Made by a program: the position numbers and the translations under genes. DNA of 64,000 nt from Patescibacteria group bacterium. Lineage in GTDB: Bacteria; Patescibacteriota; Patescibacteriia; Patescibacteriales; BS150m-G62. The notes beneath the pieces are model-generated. The model worked only from the letters and a program-made list of their open reading frames with translations. It had not been told where the DNA came from and made no database searches. Positions 40,591-52,679 of the stretch are shown here, one piece after another. How positions within the stretch are numbered: the stretch's first letter is position 1; every line of letters starts with the position of its first letter. The DNA lies in contig JADHVC010000001.1 in NCBI GenBank assembly GCA_016784175.1, positions 5,567 through 69,566 on the forward strand. The letters are read 5' to 3'.

Positions 40591-41367
40591 CTATTTATAT
40601 TTCGCTGCAGAACATACTATAAAATATTGCTGAATTTTAAATAATATCCTCGCAACAACCATAAATATTGGAACGCAAAAACCATTAACACGCCAAGCCA
40701 TATACAACTCGCTCCATCCAGCTATTCTCTGTTTTAAACTTTTTGCACTATGCCCACACTCCCGCATATAAACCAAAGACTCGTCGATATAGGCTATTTT
40801 TATTCCACGCTTCAGCACCCTTAACATAAACTCATAATCTGCTGCGATGTTAAAATTTAAATTAAATAAACCTTGCTTAGAATAAACATCTCTTTTACAA
40901 AAGAATGTTGGGTGTGGCGGCATCCAACCATACTTTAGTCTTCTTTGCTCATACTCTCCCGCCTTCCAATATCTCTTTATTTTTCCTATATTATCTCTTT
41001 CTACATAAACTAAATTACCATAACAAGCATCAATATCATTTACTTCGAAGCTTTGTGCTACCCTTCCTAGCACTTCATTATTAAAATAAAAATCATCAGC
41101 ATTAAGTATCCCGACGATATCTCCAGTTGCCAACTTTACCCCCTTATTCATAGCATCATAAAGACCACTATCAGGTTCAGAAATAACCCTCGTGATTCTA
41201 GAATTTTTTCCCTTACTCCTCATGACAATATTCAATGTTCTATCTTTCGATACTCCATCAACAATAATATGTTCAATATCTAGATAAGTCTGATTGTTAA
41301 CAGAATCTATAGCATCTTTGATAGTCGCCTCGCTATTAAGACATACTGTTATGATAGATATTTTCAT
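40591..41367 (-). CDS. GT2 glycosyltransferase (WfgS/WcaE-like)
   Basis: SEPDSGLYDAMNKG, LNADD, PPHP, AADYE. Confidence 0.9.
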   Translation of the reverse strand: MKISIITVCLNSEATIKDAIDSVNNQTYLDIEHIIVDGVSKDRTLNIVMRSKGKNSRITRVISEPDSGLYDAMNKGVKLATGDIVGILNADDFYFNNEVLGRVAQSFEVNDIDACYGNLVYVERDNIGKIKRYWKAGEYEQRRLKYGWMPPHPTFFCKRDVYSKQGLFNLNFNIAADYEFMLRVLKRGIKIAYIDESLVYMRECGHSAKSLKQRIAGWSELYMAWRVNGFCVPIFMVVARILFKIQQYFIVCSAAKYK

Positions 41368-42455
41368 AAACTAAAAAATCCTTTGACTTGCTTGATAACA
41401 AAATCTTGCTCGTCTTCTTTTAAGAAAGGATAACAAGGTAAAGACAAAATCTCCTCTTGAAATTTATCTGTATTAACAAGTACTACATTGTCATACTCAT
41501 CCTTATAACAAGGTTGTTTATAAATTGTCACAGGATAATGAACCAAAGAATCTACCTCATTTTTCTTAAGATGATCTCTAAGATTATCACGCTCCCCATT
41601 CAACACTCTTATGACAAACAAATGAAACGATGAAGAACTATTGTAATTATTAATTTTAATTTGCTCAAGATGCCCAAGTGATTCAATATATTTTTTTGCA
41701 ATTTCTTTACGCCTTTCAACGGCCTTATTTAATGAATCCAATTTAACATTAAGCAAAGCACACTGCAAAGGGTCAATCCGATAATTCGTTCCTTTAATTT
41801 CATGATTATATCTGCCATTCTGTCCATAATTTCTATATTTTAAAGAAAAATCTCTTACTACCTCTTCATTAGTAACAATTATCCCCCCCTCTCCAAATGC
41901 GCCCAAATTCTTTGTTGGATAAAAACTAAAAGCTTTGCTATTCACAGCTGACTCATTGATAAATTTGCAACCATGAGCCTGACATGCATCTTCTATCACG
42001 AAGATTTTATACTTTTTAGCTAACTCATTTATTGGTCTCATGTCGCATACCCCACCAAATAAATGCACTGGCAATATTGCCTTAGTTTTACTTGTAATTA
42101 ATGACTCGATTTGTTCAACATCGATTAAAAAATTTTCATTAACATCGCAAAAAACTGGCTTTGCACCAACACTTGAAATAGCCAAGCTCGTTGCAACTGC
42201 ACTATTTCCAACAGTAATGACCTCATCGCCACTTTTAACATCATAAGCTCGTAAAATAACTTCCAACGCGGCTAGTCCGGTAGAAACGCCTACGGAATAT
42301 CTATAACCACAATATTTTGCAAAATTCGCCTCAAAGTTTTCTACATCCGACCCAAGAGCATAAACTGCATTTTGACCGAATAGCTTAAAAGCTTTAATAA
42401 ATTCCTCTTCAAAAAAATCCCACTCTCTACATAATTCAATAAATGGCACCTTCAT
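41364..42455 (-). CDS. DegT/DnrJ-family sugar aminotransferase (FdtB-like)
   Basis: PVHLFG, EDACQAHG, FSFYPTKNLGAFGEGG. Confidence 0.92.
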   Translation of the reverse strand: MKVPFIELCREWDFFEEEFIKAFKLFGQNAVYALGSDVENFEANFAKYCGYRYSVGVSTGLAALEVILRAYDVKSGDEVITVGNSAVATSLAISSVGAKPVFCDVNENFLIDVEQIESLITSKTKAILPVHLFGGVCDMRPINELAKKYKIFVIEDACQAHGCKFINESAVNSKAFSFYPTKNLGAFGEGGIIVTNEEVVRDFSLKYRNYGQNGRYNHEIKGTNYRIDPLQCALLNVKLDSLNKAVERRKEIAKKYIESLGHLEQIKINNYNSSSSFHLFVIRVLNGERDNLRDHLKKNEVDSLVHYPVTIYKQPCYKDEYDNVVLVNTDKFQEEILSLPCYPFLKEDEQDFVIKQVKGFFSL

Positions 42456-42499
42456 AATAAAAGAAAGACTTAGACAAAATCAAGTTCATAAATTTTGAC

Positions 42500-42928
42500 T
42501 TAATCCCTAATTACATATTTTAAAAATTCCTTATAATCTCTTATATAATCAGATTCACTATAATAATCACTGGCCACAACAAGTATAACACAATCTATCG
42601 AGAACTTAGTCATTGTATGCCACAAAAAATTGCCTAACTTTATACCTACACTAGGATCATCCATTATAATGTCTTGTTTGTTAATACCATCATCTAAATG
42701 CAATAAAAATGACCCGTGAATACAAAAAATAATTTGCTCCAATTCCTTATGAGCATGCTTACCACGAATAGCAACACTATCACCAAAATTAGTAATATAA
42801 TAAATACGTTTAATTTCGAATGGCACACTTCTCAAAGACTCCCCAATCACCAAGACCCCATCCGGAGAATCATCATAATGCTGTAAATTTACAATTCCCG
42901 AATTATTTACTTTAATTTGATTTATCAT
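42500..42928 (-). CDS. dTDP-4-keto-6-deoxyglucose 3,4-ketoisomerase (FdtA/QdtA cupin)
   Basis: PFEIKRIYY, RGKHAHK, WHTM, DYIRDY. Confidence 0.88.
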   Translation of the reverse strand: MINQIKVNNSGIVNLQHYDDSPDGVLVIGESLRSVPFEIKRIYYITNFGDSVAIRGKHAHKELEQIIFCIHGSFLLHLDDGINKQDIIMDDPSVGIKLGNFLWHTMTKFSIDCVILVVASDYYSESDYIRDYKEFLKYVIRD

Positions 42929-42944
42929 ATCTCTAGTTTAATTG

Positions 42945-43913
42945 CTATCTTAAAAATGACCTTAGATAAAAAAGAATTAGTAATTTTCTTTTCACAAACT
43001 GCTTTAATCTTATTTCTAAAGTAGGTCTATTGTCAAAGCCATAAGTAAATTTCGGAAAATCATTGCGGATTTTCTTTATTATTGCATTTAAATGATCAAC
43101 ATATGGTGAATATACTACTTTTTCGTCAAAAAATGAAATTAAATATGAATTCAAATAGAGTGAAAAATTATCGTAACCATATATTTTCAATGAATGAAAA
43201 TGAAAAAAAATAAGAGGATCTTCGTCTACAAAAACCTGATCTTTATAACTTGAAACAATATAACGATTTAAATTCCATGGAGCCAGATTCGCACCCTTTT
43301 GCCTCAAAACATGAACACCTTTAAAACGAGTCGGCCAATCATTAAGGTACATCTGATCACCAAACTTTCCATTTTCATGCTTAGAATAGCACCATTTAAT
43401 ACATTGCCTGCGCCACCACTCCAAACAACGCCGACCTTCTTTATCATTCTTTATACAAACCAAACTAACATTATAAATTCCAGATCTTTCCTCCTGATAA
43501 TACAACTCCTTAGAATAATTATGCCTAACAATAAGAATTGAACCATCCCCGATCTCATCAAAAATTGGTTTAGGGGTTGAAAAAAAATAAAGATCAGCAT
43601 CCAAATAAGTTATCGATCTAATTCTCAAATCAGTTTTAAAAATATGCAACATAAATGAAGAAGTAATCGTCCAACAATACTCCCCAGAAGAACGGCTTTT
43701 CTTTATTGCTAATAGTTCATTATCTTCTACATCGCTCAGTTTAATTAAAAAAACGTTTGGTAAATTCATACCAAGTAAGAGATCATAAATCTCACCATCC
43801 ATACACAAAACCCATAAAACAAAATTTGAACAATGCTTAGCAAGCGAAAAATACATCGCCAACCCCCTATAGGCATAATTTTTATCAAATAAAGTACAGA
43901 AATTATATGTCAT
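42945..43913 (-). CDS. Putative glycosyltransferase (GT-A, DxD)
   Basis: FCTLFD, YLDADLYF, GDQMYL, LAPWN, FFHFH. Confidence 0.75.
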   Translation of the reverse strand: MTYNFCTLFDKNYAYRGLAMYFSLAKHCSNFVLWVLCMDGEIYDLLLGMNLPNVFLIKLSDVEDNELLAIKKSRSSGEYCWTITSSFMLHIFKTDLRIRSITYLDADLYFFSTPKPIFDEIGDGSILIVRHNYSKELYYQEERSGIYNVSLVCIKNDKEGRRCLEWWRRQCIKWCYSKHENGKFGDQMYLNDWPTRFKGVHVLRQKGANLAPWNLNRYIVSSYKDQVFVDEDPLIFFHFHSLKIYGYDNFSLYLNSYLISFFDEKVVYSPYVDHLNAIIKKIRNDFPKFTYGFDNRPTLEIRLKQFVKRKLLILFYLRSFLR

Positions 43914-44641
43914 ATTTTCTTCTTAGCTATTATTATATAGTCCAATGTAATCCAAGAATTCTTAAACAAAAAATCCAACGCAACAAATAATAACTGCACA
44001 GGAAAACAAAAAAATAAAGAAATTAACAATCTTAATAAAATATTTCTATTATTAAATTGCTCAAAAATAAAAGCCGAGAGCAACTGTCCGCAAACCCCAA
44101 ATACTCCACAGGTAGAAGCTATTTCCTCGATCTTAAAACCAGCCTGATCAAATATTTTCTTATGTCCATATCGAGTATACCTTCTAAAATCATATGGAAC
44201 TTCATGCTCATTCCAGATAAACGGCATAGTAAGAAAAATTTTACCGTCTTCTCTTAAAACCCTATAACACTCATCAAGTAAAATTTCAGGATTTACTGCA
44301 TGCTCTAAGACTTGTGTGCAAATTACTACATCAAAACTTTCATTATTAAACGGGATTCTTTCACCATCAAAATATTCATCTGCGCTCTTTGCCACATCGC
44401 TATGCCCACCGCCATCAATATCAATGCCTATATACTTTTTATAGTTTTTAAACAAATTTTTGTAAGGCCTATTCCCACATCCGACATCCAAAATAATTTT
44501 GCCAGAAAATTCATTTAAAGAAAATTTTCTTATCTTCTTAAACAAGCCGGACCTAGCAATATAGTAAGGATTAATTGTAATAGAATACCAATTTGGATTA
44601 AAAAAATTCTTATTAATAATGTCTTTTAATTCTTTTCGCAT
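43910..44641 (-). CDS. Class I SAM-dependent methyltransferase (polysaccharide-associated)
   Basis: LDVGCG, TQVLEH, HEVPYDFRRYT. Confidence 0.88.
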   Translation of the reverse strand: MRKELKDIINKNFFNPNWYSITINPYYIARSGLFKKIRKFSLNEFSGKIILDVGCGNRPYKNLFKNYKKYIGIDIDGGGHSDVAKSADEYFDGERIPFNNESFDVVICTQVLEHAVNPEILLDECYRVLREDGKIFLTMPFIWNEHEVPYDFRRYTRYGHKKIFDQAGFKIEEIASTCGVFGVCGQLLSAFIFEQFNNRNILLRLLISLFFCFPVQLLFVALDFLFKNSWITLDYIIIAKKKI

Positions 44642-44657
44642 AAATATAGAAAAAATC

Positions 44658-45572
44658 TTAAGTTAAGGATTTTTTCAATAGCTTGATAATATTTTTTATC
44701 CTAATAATATTTATAACCACTAGCATTTTCGTAGAAGTAAGATATTTATTTATATATTCTAAAACTTTCTCATTCTCTTCCATTAAAATCTTTTTAATTA
44801 AAATTGGAACTCCAGAAACCTCAACATCAAACATACTATAAGTACCGCTATGCGTTCCACTGTCATCATTCCCAATGTTATGCACCAAGGATTTGCCAGG
44901 GTAAAGAGTAAGTTTATTTTTTAAAAATGCTGACGCATGCCATCTAATCGCCCAAGAATTATTTAATCCGACAATTTGCATCTTAAGCATTTGTGAATAT
45001 GGGTAAGCATTATCAAAATCAAACTTTTTAGTTAACTTTTTTTCTCTTAGCTCATTTAACAACTTCTGACCATCTGCCTCAAACATATCCCAACCCCTCT
45101 TCCATGTGCCCCAACCCCAACAATCAGCACCTTTAATAAAAAAAGTTTCTGGCAAATCCTCTTTAATTGGGTAGATATAACCATTAATACTGGCCACTTG
45201 CCTATCACATTCATACATATCGAGTGCATCATTCATATATTTCAGAAAATATTTAGAAGTCACCAAATCATCTTCTAAAACAACAATTTTACCATAATTA
45301 TTAACAATTTCTGTTACACCATTAATAATAGACTTTGCCAAGCCATAATTCTCTTCTCTTTCAACAATATCAACAGTCTTAAAGCCAGAGATACTTTTCA
45401 AATATTTTCTCACCTCATGCACCCCTACCGCCGCATCTTTATTTTTTGGTCCATCAGAAAAAATAATTAAATTACTTTCAATGGCTAAGTCATTTTTTCG
45501 TAAAGCCTCAATCGTTTTACGAGTATGCTCAGGACGGTTATAAACAAATAGTGCTATTGGAGCTATTGGCAT
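44658..45572 (-). CDS. GT2-like glycosyltransferase
   Basis: FVYNRPEHT, VLEDDL, CWGWGTW, SWAIRW. Confidence 0.85.
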   Translation of the reverse strand: MPIAPIALFVYNRPEHTRKTIEALRKNDLAIESNLIIFSDGPKNKDAAVGVHEVRKYLKSISGFKTVDIVEREENYGLAKSIINGVTEIVNNYGKIVVLEDDLVTSKYFLKYMNDALDMYECDRQVASINGYIYPIKEDLPETFFIKGADCWGWGTWKRGWDMFEADGQKLLNELREKKLTKKFDFDNAYPYSQMLKMQIVGLNNSWAIRWHASAFLKNKLTLYPGKSLVHNIGNDDSGTHSGTYSMFDVEVSGVPILIKKILMEENEKVLEYINKYLTSTKMLVVINIIRIKNIIKLLKKSLT

Positions 45573-45657
45573 ATTTCATTTAATAATATATTAACTATTC
45601 TCTCGCTAAACTTACCATCGCCATAAGGATTAATTACTTTTAACATTTGTCATATTA

Positions 45658-46431
45658 CTATTGTTCATACTTGGTTACAACTTCCTCCATTCCTCCAAAC
45701 ATCTTAACACCTCCTTTTTCTAGCCACAAACATTTCTTACAAAGCCTTCGTACTGTTTTTATATTATGACTAACAAATAAAATAGTACGACCATCTTCTT
45801 TTACAATCTCTTCCATCTTAGCTAAACATTTATCTTGAAATTGCTGATCACCTACAGATAAAACCTCATCGACTATCAAAATCTCTTGTCGTAAATGTGC
45901 AGCTACTGCAAATGCTAAACGCATTGTCATACCTGTTGAATAGCGCTTAATTGGTGTATCTAAAAATTGTTCAACTTCTGCGAACTCCACAATCTTATCA
46001 AACTGTTGAATAATCTCTCGCCTTTTCATACCCAATATCATCCCACTCATAAAAATATTTTCCCTACCACTTAAATCGCCATGAAAGCCCGTCCCAGCCT
46101 CCAAAAGACTTCCCACGCGACCATCCAGCTTTATCTCACCCGTTGTTGGAGGAGTAATTTCAGAAATAATCTTTAAGAGAGTAGACTTTCCCGCCCCATT
46201 ACGGCCAATCACTCCCAAAGTTTCTCCTTCCTTCACCTTAAAGCTTACATCTTTTAGTGCAAAAAATTCTTCTTGGAGAGCTAACCCAGCCACCTCCTTA
46301 GCCTTATTTTTAGCAAAAGAAAAAGGACTTTTAGCAATATTTGTTAAAACATCTCGCAGCGAAATATACCCAGCCGTTGCGTGCTGTATTTTATATTTTT
46401 TAGACAAATTGCTAACCTCAATGATATTCAT
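45658..46431 (-). CDS. wzt: Polysaccharide ABC transporter ATPase (no C-terminal carbohydrate-binding domain)
   Basis: GRNGAGKST, YSTGMTMRLAF, DEVLSVGD. Confidence 0.92.
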   Translation of the reverse strand: MNIIEVSNLSKKYKIQHATAGYISLRDVLTNIAKSPFSFAKNKAKEVAGLALQEEFFALKDVSFKVKEGETLGVIGRNGAGKSTLLKIISEITPPTTGEIKLDGRVGSLLEAGTGFHGDLSGRENIFMSGMILGMKRREIIQQFDKIVEFAEVEQFLDTPIKRYSTGMTMRLAFAVAAHLRQEILIVDEVLSVGDQQFQDKCLAKMEEIVKEDGRTILFVSHNIKTVRRLCKKCLWLEKGGVKMFGGMEEVVTKYEQ

Positions 46432-46464
46432 AAAAATTCAATTAACAAATATAGGCCGGCTAAC

Positions 46465-47280
46465 TTAAACTATGTCTGCAAAAAAACGTTCTGTTTTCTT
46501 AAAAAAATAAATACCTATAGATAAAAAAAACAGACAAACCACTCCAGAAAATGAAAGTAAGGGCCAATCAATTGGTCCACTATTTAGGGCAGACGATCTA
46601 GCTGCCTCAATCACCCCAGTCATAGGATTCAACTTTAAAATCCACTCATAGCTTTTAGCAATACTGGCTGGATAAATTACAGGCGTCATAAAAAGCAAAA
46701 GCTGAACAAAAAATGGTAGAACATAGCGTATATCTCGATATTTTACATTAAGTGATGCCAAAATTAAACCAGGACCAACCGCAACACCAAAGACCAAAAG
46801 AAATAAAAGCGGGAAAACAAATATTACCTCCCAATAAGGAACATAACTATAATAAATCATAATAAAGAACAAGATTACTAAGTTAATCAAAAGATCGACG
46901 AATTTAACTGTAACCACCGCTAAAGGTAAAATTAAACGCGGAAAGTAGACTTTAGTAACTATTCCTTGATAACGCACCAAACTATCGGCCGTATCCACCA
47001 AGGCACCAGAAAAAAATTGCCAAAAAATTAAACCAGTAAATACAAAAAGCGGATATGGAACACCATCTGAGGGCATCTCGGCTAATTTACCAAAAAAAAT
47101 ACTAAAAACAACCATAGTAATAAACGGCTGAAATACAGCCCACAAAACACCAATCATAGTTTGCTTATAGCGAATTTTATATTCTCTCCATACAAAAAAA
47201 TACAACAATTCACGAAAACGCCAAACCTCCTTAAAATCCTCCGTACTTAATATTTTTTTTGGTCTAATTATTTTTACCAT
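46465..47280 (-). CDS. wzm: Polysaccharide ABC transporter permease
   Basis: RYKQT.IG..WA..QP, KVYFPR, TPVIYP, FADIV. Confidence 0.92.
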   Translation of the reverse strand: MVKIIRPKKILSTEDFKEVWRFRELLYFFVWREYKIRYKQTMIGVLWAVFQPFITMVVFSIFFGKLAEMPSDGVPYPLFVFTGLIFWQFFSGALVDTADSLVRYQGIVTKVYFPRLILPLAVVTVKFVDLLINLVILFFIMIYYSYVPYWEVIFVFPLLFLLVFGVAVGPGLILASLNVKYRDIRYVLPFFVQLLLFMTPVIYPASIAKSYEWILKLNPMTGVIEAARSSALNSGPIDWPLLSFSGVVCLFFLSIGIYFFKKTERFFADIV

Positions 47281-47329
47281 TCCTTACAAAATCTAAATAA
47301 TAATCAATAAATCTCTAATCAATATTTCT

Positions 47330-48039
<710 letters not shown>

Positions 48040-48059
<20 letters not shown>

Positions 48060-48162
48060 AATCGGATTTCGCTATCATCTCGACCAATTGGTCAAATTTT
48101 ATTTTTGGCTCCCAGCCTAAAATATTTTTAGCCTTTGAATAATCACCCAACACCACGTTCAC
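48040..48162 (-). pseudogene. gmd: C-terminal remnant of GDP-mannose 4,6-dehydratase
   Basis: Unannotated frame reads [34 protein letters not shown], directly upstream of fcl. Confidence 0.7.
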
Positions 48163-48205
48163 TTTAATAGTTAAAAAGAATACCATTTTTCATATTTTTA
48201 ATAAA

Positions 48206-48847
48206 TTAAGAATTACTGATAGCCTCCTGAGCATTAACTATAAAATCATTAGCAATCATACGATTATTCCACAATTTTATTATATTCATAACTAACTTAT
48301 TTTTATCCCCAATATCCACCAATAATCCATTCACATCGTTGGTAATAAATTTCGAATAAGCATCAATATTTGAAGCAATTATTGGCACACCCACCTTCAT
48401 CGCTTGTCTTAATCTATCCTGATTAAACCCCAAAGAATCATTTAGTACAAGCATATCGCTTGCCTTCATTAACTTATATAATTCTACATTATCAAGATTA
48501 GTAGAAAAAAATATCGATTTTCCCAACTCAAGTTCTTTAATTTTTGCCTTAATGCTCTCCTCTTGGTCCAAGCTACCAACAATAATTAATTTAAATCCTG
48601 GATTAGCTTGAATCAACTCTGGCATTATGCCGATAAGAACATCGCAATGTTTTTCTTTATTTGAATTAGTTATCGCAAGCACAATATCACCTTTTAAGCC
48701 TAATTCAATTTTAAGCGTACTTTTTCCTTGTTTTATTTCTGGAATATTAGCAATATGTATTACCTTATCGATAATACTTGCCTCATTTTTCCAATAACCT
48801 AGAACTTTATTTAAAATATTTTTCATATAAACTAACAATTGATTCAA
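48206..48847 (-). CDS. GT4-family glycosyltransferase C-terminal domain only (degenerate)
   Basis: LIIVGS, AMKVGVPIIASN, NGLLVD; catalytic Ex7E not conserved. Confidence 0.6.
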   Translation of the reverse strand: MNQLLVYMKNILNKVLGYWKNEASIIDKVIHIANIPEIKQGKSTLKIELGLKGDIVLAITNSNKEKHCDVLIGIMPELIQANPGFKLIIVGSLDQEESIKAKIKELELGKSIFFSTNLDNVELYKLMKASDMLVLNDSLGFNQDRLRQAMKVGVPIIASNIDAYSKFITNDVNGLLVDIGDKNKLVMNIIKLWNNRMIANDFIVNAQEAISNS

Positions 48848-48929
48848 ATTATTTCATTGACTTACAACTCTCTCACAATTATACTATTAATATAGTTAAA
48901 AAATCAAAAAAAATTAACATACGCACTAT

Positions 48930-49190
48930 ATGCTTGTTACAATAACAATAAGCAAGGGAGAAAAAAGAAAGAATATTGCATTAGTTAGTGCTGTTAGTTT
49001 ATTTATGGTTGTAATTATACTGTTTTGGGGGATAAATTTTAATAAAGGATTAGCTAGCGCTAATGACGAGCCTAGCTTACTTAACAATTTTGAAGAATCT
49101 AGTAATGGAATATACGAAGTAATATATACTTTTAAGAAAGATTATGAAAAGATAAAAGATAATCAAGAGATAATAGTCCCCGAACTATAA
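48930..49190 (+). CDS. Small hypothetical membrane protein
   Basis: 86-aa ORF with one TM segment. Confidence 0.45.
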   Translation: MLVTITISKGEKRKNIALVSAVSLFMVVIILFWGINFNKGLASANDEPSLLNNFEESSNGIYEVIYTFKKDYEKIKDNQEIIVPEL

Positions 49191-49227
49191 CCAGAATAAT
49201 ATATTTAATAATAAATAACGAATAAAC

Positions 49228-51849
49228 ATGTCCGACAATAACGAAGAAAAAATAAATAACAAAGATGAAACAGGTGATGATATAACCAAAGATGAAATAA
49301 AAAAAGATGATACTGTAGCTGAAGCGGATATCAAAGATAACGAGGATAAAACAAAAGAGATTGTAGAAATAAACTCTAATATTGTTACAGAAAAAAAATA
49401 CACCGCTTTTGGTTTAGTTGAACCGCTCGCTATCACCGACGAAATGAAAAAAAGCTATCTCGAATATGCTATGAGTGTTATCGTCACTCGTGCTCTTCCA
49501 GACGTAAGAGATGGATTAAAGCCAGTACACAGAAGAATACTTTATGCTATGTGGACAGTTGGACTGAAAGCTAATGGTAAATTTAGAAAATCAGCTACCG
49601 TAGTCGGAGAAGTACTTGGTAAATATCATCCACATGGTGACTCTGCTGTTTATGATTCTATGGTAAGAATGGCACAAGATTTTTCAATGCGTTATCCATT
49701 AGTAAGGGGACAAGGAAATTTTGGCAGCATGGATGGAGACAGAGCAGCTGCTATGCGTTACACAGAAGCTAAGCTTTCGGCTATTTCTGAAGAATTGCTT
49801 TTTGATATAGACAAAGATACGATCGATTTTTCACCAAACTTTGATGGGTCAAACAAAGAACCAAAGGTCCTACCAGCCAAGCTTCCAAACCTATTATTAA
49901 ACGGCACTATGGGCATTGCAGTTGGAATGTCCACCAATATCCCACCACACAACTTAAGTGAATTAATTGATGCCATTACCTACCTAATCGATAAACCAGA
50001 GGCAACCATAGAAGAACTAGCAGAGTTTATCAAAGGACCTGACTTTCCTACTGCCGGCATTATCTATAACAAAAAAGACATTTTACAAACCTACATTACA
50101 GGAAGAGGTGGAATTGTGATGCGCGCAAAGACAGAAATCTATGAAACAAAAGAAGGTCGATTTCAAATCATCATTACCGAACTACCATATCAAGTTAATA
50201 AAGCCAATTTAGTAGAAAAAATTGCAGATTTAGTGCGCAACAAAAAAATTGAAGGCATTAAAGATTTGCGTGATGAGTCAGACAAAGAGGGCGTAAGAGT
50301 TGTTGTCGATTTAAAGAAGGATTGTTATCCAAAAAAGATACTTAACAGCTTATTTAAACACACTCAACTGCAAGACACCTTTCATGTAAATATGCTTGCT
50401 TTAATTGATGGATTGCAACCAAAAGTATTAACTCTCAAGTCAATCTTAGAAGAATATATTAAGCACAGAGAGGTAGTAGTTAAAAGAAGAGCTGAATTTG
50501 AGTTAAAAAAGGCCAAGGCACGCGCGCATATTCTAGAAGGATTAATGATAGCATTAAACAATATTGATGCTGTTATAGCCCTAATTAAGAAGTCAAAAGA
50601 TCGCGAAGAAGCAAAACTTGGCTTAATAAAACAGTTTAAGTTAAGTGAAATCCAGTCGATTGCAATTCTTGAGATGAGATTGCAAAGTCTTGCGAACTTG
50701 GAACGATTACGAATCGAAAATGAACTAAAAGAAAAAAATGAAATAATTAAAGAACTTGAAGGAATCCTAGCTTCTCGAGAAAGAATTCTTGGAATAATCA
50801 AAGAAGAAATCAAAGAAATCAAAGAAAAATACGGTGACGAAAGACGAACACAAATTATATCACGAGGCGTAAAAGAATTTGGCATAGAAGATCTTGTACC
50901 TAACGAAGAAACAATGATCGTTATGACAAGAGACGGATACATTAAACGCTTCCCTACTGACACATTTAAAGTACAAGGCAGAGGTGGCAAAGGTGTTGTA
51001 GGACTCTCAACTAAAGAAGAGGATTCTGTTGAGTTCATGTTCACCACTATGACACATACTGACATATTATTCTTTACTACTCGCGGAAGAGTATTCCAAT
51101 TAAAAGCTTTTGAAATCCCTCAAACATCAAGAACTGCCAAAGGACAAGCAATTGTAAATTTCTTGCAATTGCCAGGCAATGAGAAAGTAACTTCCATCTT
51201 ACCTCTCGATAAAATCAGCAACAAAAACTACCTATTCTTTGCAACTGAAAAGGGCTTGGTTAAAAAAGTTAAACTAGAAGAATTTTCAAATGTAAGAAGA
51301 TCAGGTCTAATAGCAGTAAAGATCAAAGACGATGATAAATTAATTTGGTCTAAACCAAGCTCTGGAAAAGACCACATTATCCTTGTAACAGCTAAAGGGC
51401 AAGCCATAAGATTCCCAGAAGAAGACATACGATCAATGGGAAGAACAGCAGCTGGCGTAACAGGCATCAAACTTAAAAAAGATGACTATGTGGTAGGCAT
51501 GGGAATAATTAACACCAATCCAGAAAAACTTAAAAAATATGAAGTATTTTCAATTTCTGAACAAGGCCTTAGCAAGAGAACAGCCCTTAAAGAATATAAA
51601 AAACAAGGTAGAGGTGGTAGTGGCCTAAAGACAGCAAAAGTAACTAGTAAGAGTGGTAATCTTATCAATGCCTTCGTAATAAACTCCGAAAAGATGCAAG
51701 ACAAAGATTTAATTATTATATCTACTGGAGGTCAAGTTATTAGACTCGCCTTTAAAAATGTACCGCAATCAGGTAGAGACACTCAAGGAGTAAAATTAAT
51801 GCGCTTTAAAAACACTGGAGATAAAGTAGCTTCTCTTATCTGGACATAA
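49228..51849 (+). CDS. gyrA: DNA gyrase subunit A
   Basis: [23 protein letters not shown], GyrA-box QGRGGKG. Confidence 0.98.
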   Translation: MSDNNEEKINNKDETGDDITKDEIKKDDTVAEADIKDNEDKTKEIVEINSNIVTEKKYTAFGLVEPLAITDEMKKSYLEYAMSVIVTRALPDVRDGLKPVHRRILYAMWTVGLKANGKFRKSATVVGEVLGKYHPHGDSAVYDSMVRMAQDFSMRYPLVRGQGNFGSMDGDRAAAMRYTEAKLSAISEELLFDIDKDTIDFSPNFDGSNKEPKVLPAKLPNLLLNGTMGIAVGMSTNIPPHNLSELIDAITYLIDKPEATIEELAEFIKGPDFPTAGIIYNKKDILQTYITGRGGIVMRAKTEIYETKEGRFQIIITELPYQVNKANLVEKIADLVRNKKIEGIKDLRDESDKEGVRVVVDLKKDCYPKKILNSLFKHTQLQDTFHVNMLALIDGLQPKVLTLKSILEEYIKHREVVVKRRAEFELKKAKARAHILEGLMIALNNIDAVIALIKKSKDREEAKLGLIKQFKLSEIQSIAILEMRLQSLANLERLRIENELKEKNEIIKELEGILASRERILGIIKEEIKEIKEKYGDERRTQIISRGVKEFGIEDLVPNEETMIVMTRDGYIKRFPTDTFKVQGRGGKGVVGLSTKEEDSVEFMFTTMTHTDILFFTTRGRVFQLKAFEIPQTSRTAKGQAIVNFLQLPGNEKVTSILPLDKISNKNYLFFATEKGLVKKVKLEEFSNVRRSGLIAVKIKDDDKLIWSKPSSGKDHIILVTAKGQAIRFPEEDIRSMGRTAAGVTGIKLKKDDYVVGMGIINTNPEKLKKYEVFSISEQGLSKRTALKEYKKQGRGGSGLKTAKVTSKSGNLINAFVINSEKMQDKDLIIISTGGQVIRLAFKNVPQSGRDTQGVKLMRFKNTGDKVASLIWT

Positions 51850-51869
51850 AATTTAATTATCTATTAAAA

Positions 51870-52577
51870 GTGAATAGACAAACTCAAAAAGAGCTTCTTA
51901 AAATTGTAGAAAAAAATTATATTGAAATAGCAAAAGAATTTAATGAAACAAGAAAAAAAGAATTGTGGAGTGAATTAAAAAAAATCAGTGAACAAATAAA
52001 AAAAGGTAGTAAAATACTAGATGTTGGTTGTGGAAATGGAAGAATAATCGATGCCCTACTAGATAAAGACATTAAATATCTAGGCATTGACTCTAGCACA
52101 AATTTAATTGAACTAGCAAAAAGTAACCACAAAGAGCAAGGTTGGGCTCAATTTGAATTAGGAAAAATAGAAGAACTAGGAAAAATAAAAGAACACAATT
52201 TTGACTATGTTTTTTGCCTTGCTGTTATTCATCACATACCAGGAACTCAACTACAAATAGAAGCTCTAAAACAATTAAAAAACAAAGTAAAAAAAGATGG
52301 TAGAATTATAATATCGGCTTGGAATTTATGGAATAAACCTAAATTTAGGTCGCTTATTATTAAGTTTGCTCTACTTAAGTTAATTGGAAAAAACAAAATG
52401 GATTTTGGCGATATTTTATTTGACTGGAAAAATAAAAAAGGAGAAAAAGTCAGCAAAAGATATTACCACGCATTCACAAAAAGAGAGCTCAAAAGAATTG
52501 TGAAAAAATCAGGCCTAAAGATTGAAAAAATATACAAAGACACCTACAATTACTACCTTATTCTAAAATGGAGTTAG
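51870..52577 (+). CDS. Class I SAM methyltransferase, Trm9/ALKBH8-like
   Basis: FNETR..LW, LDVGCGNGR, AVIHHI, RYYHAF. Confidence 0.75.
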   Translation: MNRQTQKELLKIVEKNYIEIAKEFNETRKKELWSELKKISEQIKKGSKILDVGCGNGRIIDALLDKDIKYLGIDSSTNLIELAKSNHKEQGWAQFELGKIEELGKIKEHNFDYVFCLAVIHHIPGTQLQIEALKQLKNKVKKDGRIIISAWNLWNKPKFRSLIIKFALLKLIGKNKMDFGDILFDWKNKKGEKVSKRYYHAFTKRELKRIVKKSGLKIEKIYKDTYNYYLILKWS

Positions 52578-52636
52578 TAAATTAAACTAAAATAAACTAA
52601 TTAGCGAATAACTTTTTAGCCATATCCTGCAACACA

Positions 52637-52664
52637 TTGACTTTTGACCAATTTTTGATAAAAT
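52637..52664 (+). promoter_or_regulatory. Sigma70 promoter of the tRNA/repeat locus
   Basis: TTGACT-16bp-TAAAAT with extended -10 TG. Confidence 0.6.
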
Positions 52665-52679
52665 ATTAAACATAAAATT

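Noticed and set aside
50382-51065. 227-aa minus-strand ORF and similar short antisense ORFs within glyA, infB, pilB, pilM, hsdM and hsdR
   Set aside because: Shadow frames of well-supported genes on the opposite strand
49228-51849. parC assignment for the topoisomerase subunit
   Set aside because: The GyrA-box QGRGGKG is present
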